Assembly (NCBI GenBank): GCA_041651115.1
Contig: JBAZJY010000004.1
Coordinates: 14,114-78,113 of the forward strand
Source: Candidatus Omnitrophota bacterium
GTDB lineage: Bacteria; Omnitrophota; Gorgyraeia; Gygaellales; Profunditerraquicolaceae
Direction: 5' to 3'
DNA: 64,000 nt
Positions 27,401-29,721 of the stretch are shown here, one piece after another. Within the stretch, counting starts at the first letter, position 1; each line of letters starts with the position of its first letter. The notes under the pieces are model-generated. The model did not search any database. It was given only the letters and a program-made list of their open reading frames with translations, and was not told where the DNA came from. The position numbers and the translations under genes are program-made.

Positions 27401-29721
27401 AGGGTATCCGGGCCGTTTCTGGAAAATATGTCCAGGCGGTGTTTAACCTGTCTGAGGATAATTCTTTTGTATGGCCGTATTGGCGCAACAATAATCTTTT
27501 CGCATTATTTTTCGCCAGACTGTATTTCCCGAGAGAGAACCAAAAAGAAATCTTGGATGCGGCAATATCCGGCAAAAATAACTGCGCGTACAGCCTGGTT
27601 GGTTTTAAGGATGCCAGGTTTGAATTGATTTTGCCCCTGGCAATTTGCACGTCCGGGAAGAACCGGGCTCAAGAAAAATGGGTGAGTTTGCCCAATCGTC
27701 TTAGCATAGAGTGTGAGCGTGCCGCTTCTCTTCAGGCATGGTACCATCTTAATAATCTGGATATCGTCAACGGAATAACTCCGCCTTCATTTTTTCATGC
27801 GCGCGAATTCAGTATTTTCCCGTGCGCCGCGCAGGTAGAAGAGTCAGCCAAGAACGGCAGCGGAAAATTGATGATCCGTTTCCCCCATCTGAACACCGGC
27901 AGCTCTTTTATTAAAACCAGCTCGCCGGCAGGAGAAAATAAAAAAAGCATACCTTCAGCTTCATTGTTAGCGCAGGTTTTGCGTGATGCCGAATTAGCGG
28001 AACGTTTGTTAAGAGAAGGCAAATACTGGAAGGATGATGTTAAAGCGATAATAACGGCATTGGATTCGATTATTTCCAATCTAAACAAACTGAAGAAACT
28101 TGATTCAGCCTATAGCCTTAAAGAAGAAATCGCAAGGTTAGCTCGCGGGCAGTTAAGGAATCCCGGCGTTCCCGCCCAGCGCATCCGCAACGCAATAGCT
28201 GAAATGGTCAGCAGGATATCCAGCTCGCCGGCGGAAAATAGTGATCAAGGTTTTATAGAATACCTTAAAAAGCTTTATAGTTACAGCAAGCACGTCAGCG
28301 TAGAACTTATTGATGGCCGACACTACCTTCAGATAAGACATCCGGATATCTGTCCGAATATGAGATTTACTCATATGTATAAAAGCATACTCCATTTATT
28401 CGGCGACAAGGAAAAATATCTTCAGCAGGTAGCCAGTTTCTTCCTGTGCAGATACTATTTTGGAAAAGGATTCCGTATCGGCCTGGACGTAGTAAAAAAA
28501 TGGACAGAGACCAAGGACATTAATTCAGTAGAGACTAAGAGCTTTAAAGAAGGGGAAGAACATTCCTTACTGTTATGGACTTATATTGTCAGCAGCCCGG
28601 TTATGACAACCGGCGCCAGGGTGAGGACGCAGCTGGAGCAAAAAAGAGCGCTAGTATTATCCTCCCTGTTTTTAATATTCTTTTCTTTCTTCTTATTTTT
28701 CGTATCGGTTCCGGCGGCTCAAGCTCAACAGGCCAATATGCCTTCATCGGCTGCTGTAAAAATAGAAGCCGAGACCGTTAAGAGCCTGTCAGAGTCATTA
28801 AAGACAAGCGGTATCGGCATTAAGATAGTTTTTTCTATAGATGAATGGAAGGAAATCTGCGAAGATAAAAATTTAGATAGACCAGCAGCGTTTTACGACA
28901 GGCAGGAAGCATTGCTATATTTTTTTAGAGGGTATTATTGTCCGTTTACATTTTCCCATGAAATTACGCATGCCTTGAAGGATAAGTATTTTGGACAGTT
29001 AGAAGAAGATATATTTTTAAATACTGCCGATTCTTTGGGGCTACTGATTTTAAAAACCAAAGATTGGCAACTTATAGACATTTTTTCCAATATGTATGTC
29101 TATTATGCTTGCGATTATGATAATCCCGTTAAAGATGTTTGGTTTCAATATAATTTTATAGATAAAATGGCCCCGAGCAGTTTTTCCAACGCCGGGCAAG
29201 AGTTGAACAGGGTATTCGCTACGGAATTATCATTTGAGCAGGTTGGCTATATTTTAAACAGCGATGAATTGATGCTTAATAATTTACTGATAAGTTTTAC
29301 GGCCGTAGTTAATCATGCCTTTGATGAAATATTTGCCGGTATTTATAGCATATCTTTGGACATGGAGGGCCGGGGAGGAAAATTTTCTTTAACAAAAGAA
29401 GAATTTGATAAGTTTTTCGGCAAGCCCCTTGAATATCCATATAAAGATAGGATAGATTACAATAATGAAATAAGAAAATTTATTATCAGTATACAGAAAT
29501 ACCCGGGAATTAAAAAGTTCTTAAACAACTATTTTATTCGGTTGGGCTTACCGGCACGACAGGGCTTTCAAGTATTCAGTTCCCCGCTCAATATTCCTTC
29601 ATTAGGTGCCAGGGTGAATACGCAGCTTGAGCAATGGCTGTTGGGTAATGAAACTCTGGGCTTAAGAAGAAAATTTTGGAGCGGTATTTTTAGCGGTATT
29701 TTAGGCGGTATAAACCCGTAG
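1..29721 (+). CDS. Giant modular multidomain protein, 5'-partial. Frame 1 is open from nucleotide 1. The ORF caller's start at 157 is an internal GTG. At least 9,907 codons lie in the window. The stop codon is TAG at 29719-29721.
   Basis: The six-frame track shows one 9,854-aa ORF. I translated positions 1-156 in frame 1 and found no stop. The other five frames contain only short ORFs. Recognisable domains are listed as separate entries below. Confidence 0.7.
   Translation, partial: [9906 protein letters not shown]
1282..1460 (+). other. HD domain resembling the (p)ppGpp hydrolase domain of RelA/SpoT
   Basis: [51 protein letters not shown] matches the RelA/SpoT HD signature (HP..VA...L...aaLLHDvvEDt...I...FG..va.lV). 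Confidence 0.5.
3070..3540 (+). other. Possible DUF89 or ARMT1-like metal-dependent phosphatase domain
   Basis: [22 protein letters not shown]... is a DNAGE-type motif, and a ...KGHANYMTV... segment lies downstream. The similarity is weak. Confidence 0.2.
4414..5172 (+). other. HAD-superfamily hydrolase-like module 1
   Basis: The C-terminal HAD motif IV, [25 protein letters not shown], is present. Motif I reads IFDNGNV and lacks the second Asp. Confidence 0.45.
7084..7668 (+). other. CheB-type methylesterase-like module
   Basis: [18 protein letters not shown]...IYIVPP...[16 protein letters not shown]...GGKIWAQRD resembles the CheB catalytic-domain signatures (vvaIGaStGGpeAL ... GMGsDGa...Gg.tiAQd). 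Confidence 0.5.
7930..8466 (+). other. Subtilisin (peptidase S8)-like C-terminal half with the catalytic Ser replaced by Cys
   Basis: LIVNMNFGS...[28 protein letters not shown]...[19 protein letters not shown]. The subtilisin 'GTSMAAP' signature appears as ATCFAAP. I found no HGTHV-type His motif upstream. This module starts with the signal-peptide-like stretch [27 protein letters not shown]. Confidence 0.45.
8540..9700 (+). repeat. Protein-level repeat array A, with motif (E/D)FxFxYPxxL...PG....IS/SA..Y.KL..V.KEFP.FK.P..W. There are at least 4 copies.
   Basis: [18 protein letters not shown]...[40 protein letters not shown]...[32 protein letters not shown]... and [10 protein letters not shown]... 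Confidence 0.55.
9840..9990 (+). other. Lys/Glu-rich low-complexity or coiled-coil linker
   Basis: [32 protein letters not shown]. Confidence 0.4.
10130..10450 (+). other. Sigma-70 region-2-like segment A
   Basis: [32 protein letters not shown]...[40 protein letters not shown] matches the sigma-70 region 2 pattern (dLvQEGnlGLi.AvekFdp..G..FstYA...Ir.ai.r). Confidence 0.45.
12187..13236 (+). other. Aldose-1-epimerase (galactose mutarotase-fold) like module
   Basis: [35 protein letters not shown]...[10 protein letters not shown]...LHGM...[10 protein letters not shown]. This is the Gly-His-His-Pro-[FY]-[FY] motif typical of the YeaD/YihR epimerase-like family. Confidence 0.45.
13760..14460 (+). 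repeat. Protein-level repeat array B, of the same FxFxYP family as array A
   Basis: [67 protein letters not shown] and [41 protein letters not shown]. Confidence 0.5.
14920..15230 (+). other. Sigma-70 region-2-like segment B, a paralogue of segment A
   Basis: [34 protein letters not shown]...[44 protein letters not shown]. It is followed by a domain paralogous to 10700-11325 ([32 protein letters not shown]... versus [36 protein letters not shown]...). Confidence 0.45.
16108..17496 (+). other. DHH-family phosphoesterase-like module, of the NrnA or RecJ-like DHH fold
   Basis: [24 protein letters not shown]... and a DHH motif in NIIDHHSLE, ...ICLDTDSF. Confidence 0.45.
17497..18000 (+). other. 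Multi-pass hydrophobic (transmembrane-like) stretch inside the giant protein
   Basis: [21 protein letters not shown]...[12 protein letters not shown]...[14 protein letters not shown]...[13 protein letters not shown]. These are 4-5 hydrophobic helices. Confidence 0.4.
19447..20895 (+). other. Possible ATP-grasp module resembling glutathionylspermidine synthase or the circularly permuted type
   Basis: Similarity is weak: ...[17 protein letters not shown]...YIFAEHIQP...[24 protein letters not shown]... Confidence 0.25.
21592..22350 (+). other. Ribulose-phosphate 3-epimerase-like TIM-barrel module
   Basis: [15 protein letters not shown] (compare RPE 'laPSiLsaDf')...[10 protein letters not shown]...[11 protein letters not shown]...[10 protein letters not shown]...IQADGGVN. 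Confidence 0.45.
22440..22640 (+). other. Degenerate partial RpiB-like segment. The conserved His-Asn is retained and the Cys is replaced.
   Basis: [51 protein letters not shown] compared with the RpiB pattern iCGTGiGmsiaANKvpGiRAA...HNdaNvL. Confidence 0.3.
22768..23100 (+). other. Ribose-5-phosphate isomerase B or LacAB-like module
   Basis: [34 protein letters not shown]...[47 protein letters not shown]. The position of the RpiB His-Asn reads Glu-Leu. Confidence 0.55.
24676..25506 (+). other. HAD-like module 2, of the beta-phosphoglucomutase type, with a substituted nucleophile motif. It is preceded by a lipoprotein-like hydrophobic N-terminus.
   Basis: Motif I 'FDxDGV' appears as [13 protein letters not shown], with D changed to I and D changed to E. 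The C-terminus reads [18 protein letters not shown]. The module starts [26 protein letters not shown]. Confidence 0.4.
25507..26277 (+). other. M23 (LytM-type) metallopeptidase module with a Tat-like signal peptide at its own N-terminus
   Basis: Immediately after the SSP junction the sequence reads [23 protein letters not shown], a twin-arginine RRxF motif followed by an h-region. The M23 motifs are [10 protein letters not shown] (HxxxD) and [19 protein letters not shown] (HxH). Confidence 0.55.
26278..26500 (+). other. CBM48 or AMPK-beta glycogen-binding-domain-like module
   Basis: [69 protein letters not shown]. Confidence 0.5.
26700..27100 (+). other. Class I SAM-dependent methyltransferase module
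   Basis: Motif I is [12 protein letters not shown]. The post-I acidic residue is in AVELDK, and motif IV-like LRPRGILVI is present. Confidence 0.55.
28591..29577 (+). other. Module carrying its own Sec-type signal peptide followed by an HExxH zincin-like motif
   Basis: [30 protein letters not shown] has an n/h/c-region and an AxA cleavage site, at about 28640-28735. Downstream is ...[16 protein letters not shown], with the HExxH motif at 28956-28970. Confidence 0.45.

Noticed and set aside
1912-28395. About 45 short minus-strand and off-frame ORFs of 60-213 aa inside the giant gene, for example 2622..3098, 4245..4886, 12255..12725, 21393..21890 and 21891..22352.
   Set aside because: They are antisense or overlapping the 29.7-kb open frame. 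They have no recognisable domains or ribosome-binding sites, and their lengths are typical of chance ORFs. They are treated as spurious.
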